Below, one piece after another: positions 27,887 to 46,572 of a stretch of DNA of 64,000 bases; position 1 is the stretch's first letter, and the number at the start of each line of letters is the position of its first letter. The stretch is taken from positions 1,798,001-1,862,000 of the forward strand of contig NEEC01000017.1 in NCBI GenBank assembly GCA_002189035.1, written 5' to 3'. The position numbers were made by a program, and so were the translations under genes. The notes beneath the pieces are model-generated. The model had not been told where the DNA came from, made no database searches, and was given only the letters and a program-made list of their open reading frames with translations. The DNA comes from Utricularia gibba. Its lineage: Eukaryota > Plantae > Magnoliophyta.

Positions 27887-30308
27887 TCAGGAGATGCTTG
27901 GGGGTGGCAATTGAGGGAGAACGGAGCAGACGAGCTCCTCGTTCAGGTTCACTGGAAGCGGGGGCATGTGCTTCATCACCGCCGGCGGCTCGTTCAAGCT
28001 GCAAAACAGGTTTCTGCATCAGACTCCGAGCATATCCTTAAAGTGCCGAGGCAAGTCTCAGGCATGATGGGGTGATTTACTGGTGTAGAAGAGATGCTTA
28101 TACACAGAGGTATAGGAATCAAGAAACATAAGTGACTTGGGATGCGAAGTATCGTTATATTGGGATCCCATGATTTCGCAGCATCAATGTGTAGTTAGTT
28201 CTGTGAAGACTAACTGTTGAATGACTCGATGAGGACACTGACAAGTGCTCAAAAAAAAAGGAAGATGGTGGTGGAGACATACTCGTGGATGATGGAGAGA
28301 ATGTTTGATCGCGCTTGATGGAATAGATCAGCATTCACATGAATCTGCAACAGAGTTTTTAATGTCATGAATGAGGAGGTGATCAACATAAGCCTGCTCT
28401 TTTAGCTGCCATAAATGACTTATGTTGAATATGATTTACTCAGCATGTAACAGTATTTTTTCCTCTAAAAACATAATGAACTGTAAGACTCATCCTAACT
28501 TGTTCAGGAAAAAAAAAGGAAAAAATCATAAAGGCACCTTCTTCTTAAAGTACCTTGCCCATCTTAAAGTTGGAAGAAATTTGATCCAATGTATGAGAGG
28601 TCTGCTCAAGAAGGTGACCAGCAGTCCCACCAATTGCTGAGATGCATGGATTGTGAGATTTCAGTGTGCAAACTTCAAAAGTGTAATAGCATAAATTTCA
28701 GGCAACATTGAGACAACAGTCAGAGATGTGGCCTTGTTCTAAGTTTTTTCCTTCTTTCTCAATGGAATTTTGGGTATTCTATTATCTATCATACAGTAGA
28801 ATCCAAATCTCAGCAACTTTTCCTCTATTTCTACTTTTCTTCTCCTTCACTAGTGTAGTACACAAAAATTCACGTTTGCATGAAATAGACAATAAGGCTT
28901 CCAAACACAGATTTTGGGTTGCTCTTTCACCAGGCCATGTCTCAGATCCTATTATTCATCATTTTTTTAACATCGAGTGACTTGCAGATTCAAGAAATTC
29001 AACATCCATGTCCTCAAATAATATGACTTGCTCAGTCACAATATACTCAAGCTTCAAAGGAGAGCGATACATGACGAAAGCAGCAGACTGACCTTCAAAG
29101 GAGATACCATCATCATTGTCCACTGGGACAGCTGACTGAACATAAGGAGGAACTTCGTTACGCTTTGAAGCTTGAGATGGCTTCACCACCGAATCTGGAA
29201 CTTTTTCCTGAAAAATTCAAGGGAAATTTTCTCTTTGATACATAAAACTGCATGTCAGTACAGCTGAATCATTGGATGACGTTTTGAATAAGACTTCATT
29301 GAACTAATCAGAAACTGCTTCTATCTTTCGTGTTCATTTTCCTTACTCTGAATGGCTTAATTAGAAAAGGCATAAAGCCAACTTATCACATATCAACCTA
29401 GATACATAAGCAACAACTACCTTCTTTTCCTTGGTCTTCTTTGACAATAAGTTGTCATCCTTCCTTCTCTTGCTCATTTCCTTTTTCTGCAGAGGGGAGT
29501 AAACGCTTATCAAAAGTAACAAGTATCCTTCGCTTGCCCATGTTAAACCGGTTTCGTGGCAAAACGAATACATACAAATATGACTAAAATCCAGCATGAA
29601 AAAAATGCGAAGGAACACAGTCATTAAGTCTAGAATAAGTAAGGAACATAAGAGCTCAACATCAGATACACGAGTTGCGAGATCTCAATAAAAAAACTTG
29701 AAAGTGCTTATGAAGTTGCATGCTTTTTTTTTATGAGTTACAATAGAGAAAAATCTAGAGCCTAAAGATAGCTAGACATATCACTAGATGATTTAAATGT
29801 AGGCTACTCTCAGAAGTACAATACAGGTTTCGAATTGGCACTTGGCAGGTAGGCACCCAGAAGTACACTTAAATAAATGCTTACACACATCCACCGGGAA
29901 CGCATCGCAACATCACGAACCGTCTTATCATTCAACGCCTTGGCAATTAAGGCATAGCGCATAACAGGAATCTCCGAAGCATACCTGAAAATTCATCCAA
30001 TTAGTCACCACCCAGAAACACAACCCATTTTTTTCGGAAGATGCAGAAAAAATCAACAAAAAGTACGAGAAAACAGAAAAGAACCCACCTTGCCAGCATT
30101 TCTTCGAGCGTGGACTGCTCCTCCGGCGACCAATCAACCGACAATGTAACGTTGTGGCACAAACCCTCGGACATGGTCCCGCAACGGACTTATCAGTTGC
30201 AGAAAGACCGCCCCCGCTGCGAGCATTGTCCAGTGCGGTGACGCAATCATTATCTCCGTGAGTGGTATTGCTCTGACCCCCATCTGAGGGGCTAGCGCTT
30301 GCCGCCAT
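27887..30308 (-). CDS. DUF3755 / SANT-like domain protein (At3g07565-like), multi-exon; apparent 1-nt deletion at ~30164-30166
   Basis: HNVTLSVDWSPEEQSTLEEMLAR|YASE..MRYALIAKALNDKTVRDVAMRSRWM, KKEMSKRRKDD, AIGGTAGHLLEQ, and MKHMPPLPVNLNEEL...PPPSIS*. Confidence 0.88.
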
Positions 30309-30657
30309 TGCGAAATTCAACACCCAAATCTCGATAACCTGAAAATCTATAGGATTAGCTTAATTCGAGGTGCTCGGTGATTGACGGGAAGGAGACAACG
30401 GAAGATGAAACATAACAACGACGTTTCCTTTTTGAAGTCAAAATGTTATTTTACAGCGCAGTAAAATAAATACTTTTACATAAATAATTTCGATTTACGA
30501 AATATTTGGTAGATTACTGAGAAAAAGAAAAAAAAGGAAATGAAAAATGTGTTGTATATTAGGATTGAAATTAGGGCTTGTGAAGCGGGGGAACAGTTGA
30601 GGGATCGATCGATCCAGACGAACTCTGTGCAGTGGCGGAGCTCGTTTTGTCAGCAGA

Positions 30658-33600
30658 ATGAAGTAAGTTTCTTCTCTTCTGTCCTGTGTTCGACAGTCAG
30701 CTGATTTTTAAGTTCTGCTCGTGGCGTTGAAGAATGACGTGATATTCGGTGTTTGGGACACCGCGTCTTCGTCCCAAACCGCATTTGATCGAAATATGCC
30801 AATTCCCATTTCATTTTCTGTGTTTTTTTTTTATTTTTGAGCTCTGGACGTGGGGTTCTTTTCGGGTTGAAGAACGACTTCAAACTTGGAGTTTCGTGGC
30901 TCAAAGCTTTTTTTGATCGAAAATTGCTTAGCTTGATTCGATTTTCTTTGTTTTGTATTTTTGTCATCTGGGCATGGTGTTCTTTGACGGGTGAAGAACG
31001 ATGAGCTATATGGTGTGTGGAGCACCCATTCCTCGTTCAAAGTTTCTGTTTGATCGAAAAATGCTAATCCCTATTGGCTTTTCTATTTTAGAGTTCTGCT
31101 ATGTTTTTGGTTAAAAATGTGTGCTTTGTTTTGGATGTTTGTGTTTTTTTCAAAGTTTTTTATTTTAGTTGTGTAAACGTCAGGAAGGGCTGTTAAACTT
31201 GATTACATCAAGTATTGCATTTGAGCTATGTTTTTTAATTTCTCTGCAACCTTGTGAACCATATTAATGATTATCTCCCGGTCGTTGCTCTTTCGTGTGT
31301 TGTAGCTGCTTTATTTCCTTGGATCTTTTGGAGTGGTTATTGTTTTTTTTAAAAAAAAAAATTTCTGCAGAGTACAGTCCGTGGAGGTTGAGAAAACCAA
31401 CTCAAACCGACCACCAACTGGTAATCTTCCGAGGACAGAAAAGACGATTTCCAATGCTACTCATGCAAAAGGGAGTCCATCTTGGGGTGCGAAATCAAAT
31501 TCAAACGGTCAATCTACGGCTGGAAATCCATCATTGCCTGATAAAGTTGGTGGCTCGAGTGGGCAACCTTCAAGTGAAAGGACGTATGCCGTTGACCTGA
31601 ATACTTTCAGCACACGATTGAAGGCCCTTTACTCACATTGGCAGGAAAATAAAGCTGAACTATGGGGTTCTGCAGATTATATTTCTGTTGCAACACCTCC
31701 ACCTTCCGAAGATTTACGCTATCCAAAGTCATCTGCTCTAAGTATGTGGTTGTTTGGTCATGACTATCCCGAGACAATAATGGTGTTTGGAGACAAAAAT
31801 ATTTACTTCTTGTGCAGCAGAAAGATAGCATCATTGCTTGAGCCTGTGAAGAGTACAGCTAAAGATACTGTTAACGTTGATGTTGTCATATATGTAAAGG
31901 CGAAAGGTGAAAATGGAAGCGCTCAAATCGATTCACTGCTTGGTGGAATTCGCTCTAAATTTAATGGTGATGCTCTGGCTACATTTGGGTATATTGCTAA
32001 GGAAGTTCCCGAAGGGAAACTTTTGGAGTTATGGACTGAAAGCTTGAAAAATTCAGGGTTCAATTTAACTGATATTACAAATGGGTTGTCAGATCTTTTT
32101 GCTGTGAAGGACAAAAATGAGATCGTATGTGTTAAAAAGGCTGCTCATCTTACTGCTAGTGTTATGAAAAGCTTTGTGGTAACAGAAGTTGAAAAGGTGA
32201 TCGATGAGGAGAAGAAAGTAACACATGCTTCTTTGATGGAAGCCACAGAGAATGCTATATTGAATCCTGCTAGTCTTGGTGTCAGACTAAAGCCTGAGAA
32301 TGTTGATATCTGCTATCCTCCGATATTTCAGAGTGGTGGTAATTTTGATTTAAGGCCCAGTGCATCAAGTAACGATGAGCTTTTGTACTATGATTCGTGC
32401 AGTATCATTATTTGTGCAATAGGTTCTCGCTACAACAATTACTGTTCTAATATAGGAAGGTCTTATCTCATAGATGCTGACGCAGTCCAGAGCAGGGCCT
32501 ATGAGGTTCTTCTTAAGGCTCACGAGGCAGCTATTCAAGCTCTGAAACCTGGCAACAAGAGTAGCGCTGTTTATAAAGCAGCTTCTGATGTAGTCTCAAA
32601 GGAGGCACCTGAGCTTGTTTCCAGTCTTACTAAATCTGCTGGGACTGGGATCGGTCTGGAGTTTCGTGAATCAGGTTTGATCCTTAACGCAAAGAATGAG
32701 CGGGTGCTCAAAGCAGGCATGGTTTTCAATGTGTTACTTGGATTTCAAAACTTGCAAACGAACACAACCAACCCAAAAAGTAAGAACTTTTCATTGTTGA
32801 TTGCGGATACAGTTATTGTGACAGAAAAAGGCAATGAGGTAGCAACCTTGGCATGCTCTAAATCTGTTAAAGATGTTGCCTATACATTTAATGATGATGA
32901 AGAGGATGAGCTGCCTCCTGTAAAACCAGGACCTATTGCAAAAGATTCGGTATTTTCTAAAGCAACACTGCGGTCAGATAGAGAGATATCAAAGGAAGAG
33001 CTTCGTAAGCAGCACCAGGCAGAACTTGCTCGCCAAAAAAATGAAGAAACTCTCAGGAGACTTGCGGGTGGTGGTTCTGGTACTGGTGATGGTAGAGCTT
33101 CTACGAAAACTGCAAATGAATTAATCGCATATAAAAATGTTAATGAAGTGCCTCTGCCTCGAGATATGATGATTCAGGTGGACTCCAAAAATGAGGCCAT
33201 TTTAATTCCAGTTTATGGAAGTATGGTGCCTTTCCATGTGTCTACTTTGAAGACAGTTTCAAGCCAGCAGGATACAAACCGTAATTGCTACATTCGTATT
33301 ATCTTCAATGTGCCAGGAACTCCTTTCACACCACATGATGCGAATTCTTTGAAGAACCTGGGATCTATATATGTGAAGGAGGTCTCATTCCGTTCAAAGG
33401 ACCCAAGGCATATAAGTGAAGTTGTGCAGCAGATTAAAACGCTTAGACGCAATGTCATGGCTAGGGAGTCTGAAAGGGCGGAGAGGGCAACATTGGTGAC
33501 CCAAGAGAAACTTGTCTTGGCTGGAAACAAGTTTAAACCTGTAAAGCTGCATGACTTGTGGATACGCCCAGCTTTTGGAGGCCGTGCTAGGAAGTTGACT

Positions 33601-34710
33601 GGTGCACTTGAGGCTCATGTGAATGGTTTCCGATATTCCACTTCAAGATCAGAAGAAAAAATTGACATCATGTATGGTAACATAAAACATGCATTTTTTC
33701 AACCAGCGGAGAAGGAGATGATCACCCTCCTCCATTTTCACCTCCACAACCACATTATGGTGGGAAACAAGAAAACCAAGGATGTTCAATTCTATGTTGA
33801 AGTAATGGAGATGGTCCAGAATATCGGTGGTGGGAAGAGGTCTGCATATGATCCAGATGAGATTGAAGAGGAACAAAGAGAGAGAGACCGCAAGAACAAA
33901 ATTAATATGGATTTTCAGCATTTTGTGAACCGGGTGAATGATCTCTGGGGGCAGCCTCAGCTTAAAGGGCTTGATCTAGAATTTGACCAGCCACTGAGAG
34001 AACTTGGCTTCCATGGTGTGCCATTTAAGACTTCTTCATTTATAGTTCCGACTTCTAGCTGCCTCGTTGAGTTGATAGAAACACCTTTCCTTGTCATAAC
34101 ACTTGGTGAAATCGAGATTGTCAATTTGGAAAGGGTTGGACTTGGGCAGAAAAATTTCGACATGGCCATTGTCTTCAAGGATTTCAAGCGGGATGTCACT
34201 AGGATTGATTCTATTCCATCTTCTTCACTTGATGGAATCAAAGAATGGCTCGATACCACAGACATCAAGTACTATGAGAGTAGGTTGAATCTCAACTGGC
34301 GCCCCATCCTCAAAACAATCACAGACGACCCACAGAAGTTCGTAGAAGACGGTGGCTGGGAATTCTTAAACCTGGAAGCCACAGACTCGGATTCAGATAA
34401 CTCAGAAGAGTCAGACAAAGGCTACACACCCTCAGACGCAGAACCTGAATCAGACTCTGAAGAAGAGGACTCAGTCAGTGAATCCCTGGTAGAATCAGAA
34501 GATGATGAGGAAGATGATTCTGAGGAAGGCTCAGGGGAGGAGGAAGGCAAAACATGGGAAGAGCTAGAAAGGGAAGCTACCAATGCAGACCGAATGAAGG
34601 GTGATGAATCCGACAGCGAAGAGGAGCGTCGAAGAAGGAAGATGAAGAACATGGGCAAGTCCAGAGCTGGGCCTAGCACCTCTGCCCCAAAGAGACCGAA
34701 ATTCAGATAG
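30658..34710 (+). CDS. SPT16: FACT complex subunit SPT16; main exon 31371-34710, with a proposed micro-exon ATG-AA at 30658-30662
   Basis: Uninterrupted ORF of more than 1100 codons with ATPPPSEDLRY, DICYPPIFQSGG, GTGIGLEFRES, RQHQAELARQKNEET, HAFFQPAEKEMITLLHFHLH and an acidic tail. There is no ATG between the acceptor at 31370 and conserved residues, so the start must come from an upstream exon. Confidence 0.97.
30700..31100 (+). repeat. Three degenerate ~125-140 bp tandem repeats in SPT16 intron 1
   Basis: Recurrent anchors TGAAGAAYGA (30728, 30868, 30992), TTGATCGAAA (30785, 30913, 31050) and TTTT(A/GA/AGA)GYTCTG (~30706, ~30835, ~31086). Confidence 0.6.
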
Positions 34711-36408
34711 GCTGTTTTACCATGGCTCCTCCTTCAAGATCTCTGTTCTGCATGGCTTCTCACCCTGCTGCTACTGGTTAGTTCCATCTAGCTATAGGGA
34801 CATGATAATTTGCTACTTCTGTTTTCATGTCCCCTGATTTGGAAAATCGTGTTAGCAGATGATGAAGCAACGGCAACCCTGCTTTTTGTTTTGCATATAA
34901 TGCTTTTGTTCTACTGTAGCATATTTGAATCAGCACACACTTTTGTCCTGTGTTTTTTTGAGATCGTGGTTGTCTTTTTATTACAGTATGTTCTCCGGTT
35001 GCGTGGACCACCGGCTCCACCGGTTGACCATTCGGGCGGTTCGTTGGTATTTATGGAAATATAATATAATTATCGAAATGGTGCACAAAAAAAAAAAATA
35101 GCAATCACTTCCCAATTATTAATTCTATTTGTAATCTAAAAAAATGTTTTTTTATTTCAGGTTTTTTATGATTCCTTTTTTGCCCCTTTCGCCTTCCGGG
35201 CGCGAGTCCAATTTCTCTCTCTTTTCTCCACACTGCTGAATCGGTATTCGGTATGTGGACAGTATCTGGTTGTACATTCTGGATTTTTCTTGCTATTGGG
35301 TCGCCCTTCTTTTCTTAATTGTTGTTAATTTCATTTTTCTTCCCTGTTTATCGATTCGCTACTACGTTTTTTGTATGGATTTTCTAAGTGGGCATCGGAG
35401 ATTTTGATGGTTTGAACCCAGGAGCCCTTGCTTTAATGACAGAGAGTACCTGAAAAGCACATCCATGGCTGGTAGGCATATGGTTTTCCGAGGGTTAAAG
35501 ATACGGTAAATTACGATTGTGAAAGTGGTGCTCAACTTATGAGCATGTTTGTTTTCTGAAATTCTGCAAACCATGAACTCATTTCTTGTGCATCTCTGGC
35601 TTTTGGGCCTTTGTCATGGGTATTTTATGCATTCAAATGCAGAGACATGGTGAGATGGGTTCAGGTGTGCATTCAAAGGCAGATCCTGCAATTGACAGGT
35701 TGCCCCATGGGCATGGGCAAGGTCAGGGATGCCCACAGCTCCAGTTGTGTATTTCAAACTTACCTTTACAGAAGATGGTGATGGGGCTGAGGCAGGCCAC
35801 GTAACTCCAACAACTACCAAAAGGTAGTCGAGATGGGCAGCCCCAACAGGGCTGCTGCTATTTTCTACACCTCTAAATCCGCTGAATCAATCATCCCCCC
35901 AGAAAAGTTGACAGTCTAAAGCTTTCTTAATTACTGGAGCTGTACATTTTTGTATTCTTCAGTGCCAGGGCTCCTGTCGTTGACTACTCTACCAAGTGTT
36001 GTATTTTTGCATAACAGATGAATCCAAGTCTTTTGAAAAAAACTGCAAAGCCAAAAGGTTAAAAATCTTTTATCGATCAGTAAGAATGGGATTTACTGCT
36101 TTTTAAAATTCAAGTGGCTGGTACCCAGCAATGGACCGGAAATCATAAAAGACAAGTGACGACAGAGTCGTAGTGTAAGATTTGATTTACTTCTATTCAA
36201 TCGCACATTAAAAGTCTTCCATAAATGAATTAGACTTCAAATGGTAAAAATACCAATAAAAGCTACAGTTACATTTGATACTAGCTCAATTAAGAAAAAA
36301 AAAGGTGTAATTTAGCCATCATGGGGTTGCAGGGGTGATCAAGTGAAGATTTTGATCCAGCTTTTGAGGTTTTCAGAATGATGGGTGTCTGAAAAGGTAG
36401 GAAAAGCT

Positions 36409-42236
<5,828 letters not shown>

Positions 42237-43183
42237 CATTCGTCCATGATTCGAGTTTCTTGGATGCTCCTGTGATGTAAATAAGGAAAGCAATGTCAGA
42301 TATATCTGTGGGTTGCTCTGCTTTCTCATAGCTCCGCCTCATTTACAGGTACAATGCGACCCTGAAACTTCCCATTCTCTCCTACAATACTCGGTCAGCC
42401 ATATCTATGGGTTGTTCCTGTTGTTTAATCTACATTCCATTCTGGCGCTATGGACACATAGATAGAAAGCGCAGTTGTTCTCTAGATAACAAGCTCATCG
42501 TAGTGGTGTTTCTGTGTAACTTGGAACCTGCGTAAACATGATTTGTACCATAAATGTGTCAAGCCAGGTATATGCCGCACATGTACATGTTGCTGGTTCC
42601 CCGCCATCGCTCGGTCTGAGGCCGTTTTTGATTATTCATCTCAAGCCTTTTTTTTTTCCTCTTCGCATCTTCAGCGAAAGCAATTCCACATTGGTACGCA
42701 TCTTCAAATGTGCTATAAAACTCAATTCCAATGTCTTGCACGCACCTTCCTTCTGCTAAAACCATGGATCCCTGACGTATGCCTGGCAAAGAGACAATTC
42801 TCAGGAAAATCATTCTTACATTGCAAAATTGTCGCCAGCTTCCGTTAGTCCTTTTCTCCCAAAAACCTTTTCAGATGTGATCGGATCCCGGCGCGGCGGC
42901 GATCGCAGTTCTCATTCCCGCAACGGAGGGAGTCACACTTTCCACAACTCATGACCAGAGCAAGATCCATAGATATTACTTACGCCATTTGCGTAAAATT
43001 TTTTGAACAATTTATTTTTAATTAATTTGTTCTTCATTAAATATTGCATTTTAAATTCAGGCAATTTGTAAATCTTTTTTATGCCGCCGTTCCCCTTCTT
43101 CCTCGAAGGACCGAGACGTCTCCGGAACTGAAGCTTCGTACGGTATCGCTTTCATGGCTGAGTAGAACCTCTTCCTGGTTGCG

Positions 43184-44359
43184 ATGGTTTCGGCCGCCAT
43201 TTCCTTATCTTTGCCGCCTCATTTCGCTGCCATCAGTGGCCGTTCTTCGCGCGCTCTTCGCCCGAGACCTCACCGACTACAGTTAATCCACCAGGTACGA
43301 TATTTGAATTTGCGTTTACACTGTTATTGCTTGGAATTATTCAAGTTTTGTACCTGATTTCAGGGAAGGAGGTTCAGCATCGGAAAATGCAGGGCTGAGC
43401 TGTCGGCCGATGCACCAGTTGCTTTCGCAATCGGGGCTTGTATTTTGAACTCGCTAATTTTTCCAGATGCTCCTTCTACTGAAGACAGTGACACAGAATC
43501 GGTGATTGACTCGGGCGATGCGAGATTTGCTGTTATGGGGGTTATTTGCTTCATTCCTTATTTCAACTGGCTGGTAATTCGGTAACCCTCGTGTTCGTTG
43601 AAGATTTTGTTTCTTTGATGCCGTTTGTGATGTAGGATTGTTTTGCACACAGAGTTGGGTGTTTGCTTGGTTAGATACAGGGAAGGTGCGGTACGCTGTA
43701 TATGCTGTTGTTTATTTGGCTCCTTATTTGAGGTTTGATGATAACTGCAGCTCTTTTACCTATAATTTCTGTGAATAAGGACCCTTCTTTGGATTTATGA
43801 ATGAATTCTTCCTGCTTCTGGTTACCTTTGGATTAAGTGTTCGAAGCCATTATGCTTCCACTTTGAGCGTCGTTCATCCTTATACCGCGTTTCAGGTCCA
43901 ATCTATCCCTGTCTCCTGAGGAGAGCTGGCTGCCACTTCTCAGCATTGTCCTTTGCATCCTCCACATTCAGGTTAACCATTCATGAGACTGCTGGGCAGT
44001 AACAATTACACAGAGCTTCTTGATCCAAGTACCAATTCTTGAATTGCAGCTAGAAGCAAGCATCAGAGATGGAGATATTCAGGGCTTCCAAGCACTCAAC
44101 CAAGTCGCCAAGTTTGTTTCATTGATGACTAAACGAAGTAGAACCGCCAGAAAGGTACTTTCTCGTGCAAAAACAGAGCTCAAATTTTTAGTTCAGTCCA
44201 TTCTGATTTGTTTGCTTGTTGGTATATCAGAGGGAGGATTTCCACAAGATCCCATCTCCGGAAGAGCACTTCAAGAAAGAAGTGAAGGACGTGGTTTCTC
44301 CTACTGAAGCAGACGAGGAGAATGAAGATGCAAGCATCAAGGATGATTCAGATAGGTAA
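43184..44359 (+). CDS. Uncharacterised, probably plastid-targeted membrane protein (At5g41960-like); 6 exons
   Basis: Transit-like MVSAAISLSLPPHFAAISGRSSRALRPR, then CRAELSADAPVAFAIGACILNSL, DARFAVMGVICFIPYFNWL|SWVFAWLDTG, R|SNLSLSPEESWLP and IQ|LEASIRDGDIQG. GT-AG junctions keep the frame to TAA 44359. Confidence 0.8.
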
Positions 44360-44634
44360 CTAGGAGAAGGTTCATGTTGATTCTCCTTTGGCATGTGATT
44401 CTCCTTTATTCAGATATTGCACCCAACAAAGAAGTTTAAATTACAAATCACCCCTCCCAAAATTGTTTTTTTACATAACAGCGCCGATAAAGTGCAGAAG
44501 AAGATTTTTGTATATTGCTTTTTCCACTCACAATAAAGATCAAATTGCATGGGTTTACGGCACACGCCCCTCAAAATTGGTTGTTTGCGTAATAAGGTCG
44601 GTAATTAGTAGTAATTATTCCATAATTAGTAAAA

Positions 44635-45335
44635 TCACGGCAGCGGCCGCATCTTCCTCCGGAGCCTCCTGGACGCCGCCGTAGAGACGAGGAATCCGAC
44701 ACCGGCACACGCAACCCAGATGCCCACGTCCACCGCCCATCTCACACCATCCGTCTCCACCTCCGTGGAAAAACCCTCACCGTCGGATTGCACTTCCCCA
44801 CTGCACTCACTGCACCCGCACACACCCGTTCCGAACCCCTCACCTTCAGACTGCTCCGGAATCTCCTCCAGCCGACACCCGACTGCGCGGCGCCGCACCA
44901 GCCGCGCAGCCGCCACCTTCCCCGTTAGCAACACCCCGTCGGCGTCAGTAACCGCCTCCAAGACGATGTCGTTTCCATCAGGAAGGACGGACTCACAATC
45001 CATCCTCCAATTCTGCCCCTCCCCATCCTTCCTGAAAATCCCCTTCACCGCCTTCGATTCCCCGAAATAGATCTCGAATTTCGTCCCCTCGCAGACCAGA
45101 ACCCGCTCCCTGCACCCGTACACACCGGGTCCCGAGTCCGAACCGGGTCGAGGGTGACGAAGGCGGGAGCATCGGGACGGACGCTCGACCCGTTTAGCTC
45201 CAGAAGAGCGCCATTGATCCGAGGGAGGAAGTGGAGCGTGAGGAAATTGGGTTTCGCCTTCTTCTGCGAGAATCTCGCATAGAATGCATTGATTCGCAGC
45301 GCCTCCGAAGCCGTCGGGACGAAGCCTTTACACAT
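44635..45335 (-). CDS. Uncharacterised single-exon protein with C-terminal transmembrane segment (At4g24110-like); apparent 1-nt deletion at ~45150
   Basis: MCKGFVPTASEALRINAFYARF...LELNGSSVRPDAPAFVTL continues in the -1 frame as ..GVYGCRERV...RLEEIPEQ...DGVRWAVDVGIWVACAGVGFLVS. Inserting one C (CTCGA to CTCCGA) joins the two track ORFs. Confidence 0.8.
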
Positions 45336-46290
45336 TTTTGCTTCACAGCGTTTCGCTTTGGTTTCTTCTGGATTCTGAAGTAGAGATTGAGACGACCGGG
45401 GCCCTTAAAAAGGGAAGAGGGAGGGAGGAAAACGAGGGGTGGTGGATGAAGAAGACGATGACAGGCACACGGTTTTTGCATGCAGCCAGATTATGATCAT
45501 GACTCCCAACGAATAAACAATATTATTATTCTTATTAAATCCCCTAAACCAACTTCCCATAAAAAGACACTTTTGCCCATCTCAAACGCACTTGTTATCC
45601 ACAAGGCAGGGGTATTCTATGTCATATCGTTTACCAAACTCCAATTCCTCTTAATTGTATAATTTAAACCATAATTTAGGTAATTTGAAGATTTGGAGTT
45701 TTTTTGGAAAAATAAATTCATAAAAATAAGAGCAGACCCCCCAATACACCAAGTCTTTTAATTTTTATATAATTAATTTAAGTTTTAAAGTTTTAAATAT
45801 TGTTTAAATTTAAGGGTAATGTTTTGAATGATAAATTACCACCTAGGAAAGAACATTGTAGGGCATATATGTCTTTATACACCACGAATAGTTCCACACA
45901 TCACCCCATACGCTTCTTTTCAACACGTTTATTCTGGCTTCTTCAAGCAAACAAAGTCAAGCTTGTTGTGCTCAAGTTTTTTTTTTTTTTTACTGAGAAT
46001 AAAAAAAAGCGTATATTTAGCCACGTGTGACATGACATTTGCGGCATAGGACATTTTGTATATTTAAAAAGTATTTCCAAAATCATTCAAATATTTGGCA
46101 CAATTTTTTTTTTTACCAAAATAATTAGGAAATGAACTTCAAAATAATAATTCTCATTTTAAATCCACAAAAAATAAAATCCAATTGTTCCAAATATTTC
46201 TCGATTTTTTAAATAGAATTGTGCAATGATTGGGATGATGCCCTACCCCACCTGAGCCCGTTGTATTAGAGGAGGATTAGGGGGGCTCCA

Positions 46291-46323
<33 letters not shown>
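46291..46323 (+). repeat. (GAT)11 microsatellite, with further GAT repeats to ~46410, downstream of the HLB1 stop (probable 3' UTR)
   Basis: Read directly from the sequence. Confidence 0.95.
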
Positions 46324-46324
<1 letters not shown>

Positions 46325-46572
46325 TTCATGAGCCATGCATCACAGCTGACGTACATAAGCTTATGCAGCATCATGATGGAGGGATGATGATCAAGATGAT
46401 GATGATGATGAAGAATTCGCCAGATGATCACACTGAATAGTCATAACTCATACCTAGTTTTTCTCAGCCGGAATGCAAAAGTCGGGACAACAAACAGAGG
46501 AGTGGAGAGGTGTTTGGCGATCTCTGGGAAGGTGTATATGCAATGCCAAGAGTGTGTACAGGTATAGTTCCT

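Noticed and set aside
44720-45070. Long antisense or alternative-frame ORFs in the track (also 26739-27236, 50062-50511, 34422-34679, 8214-8588, 20263-20942)
   Set aside because: They are shadow ORFs of GC-rich or low-complexity real exons, with no independent protein features.
46362-46410. miR172-complementary-like ATGCAGCATCAT
   Set aside because: Only a 12-nt match inside GAT/CAT low-complexity sequence, with no hairpin.
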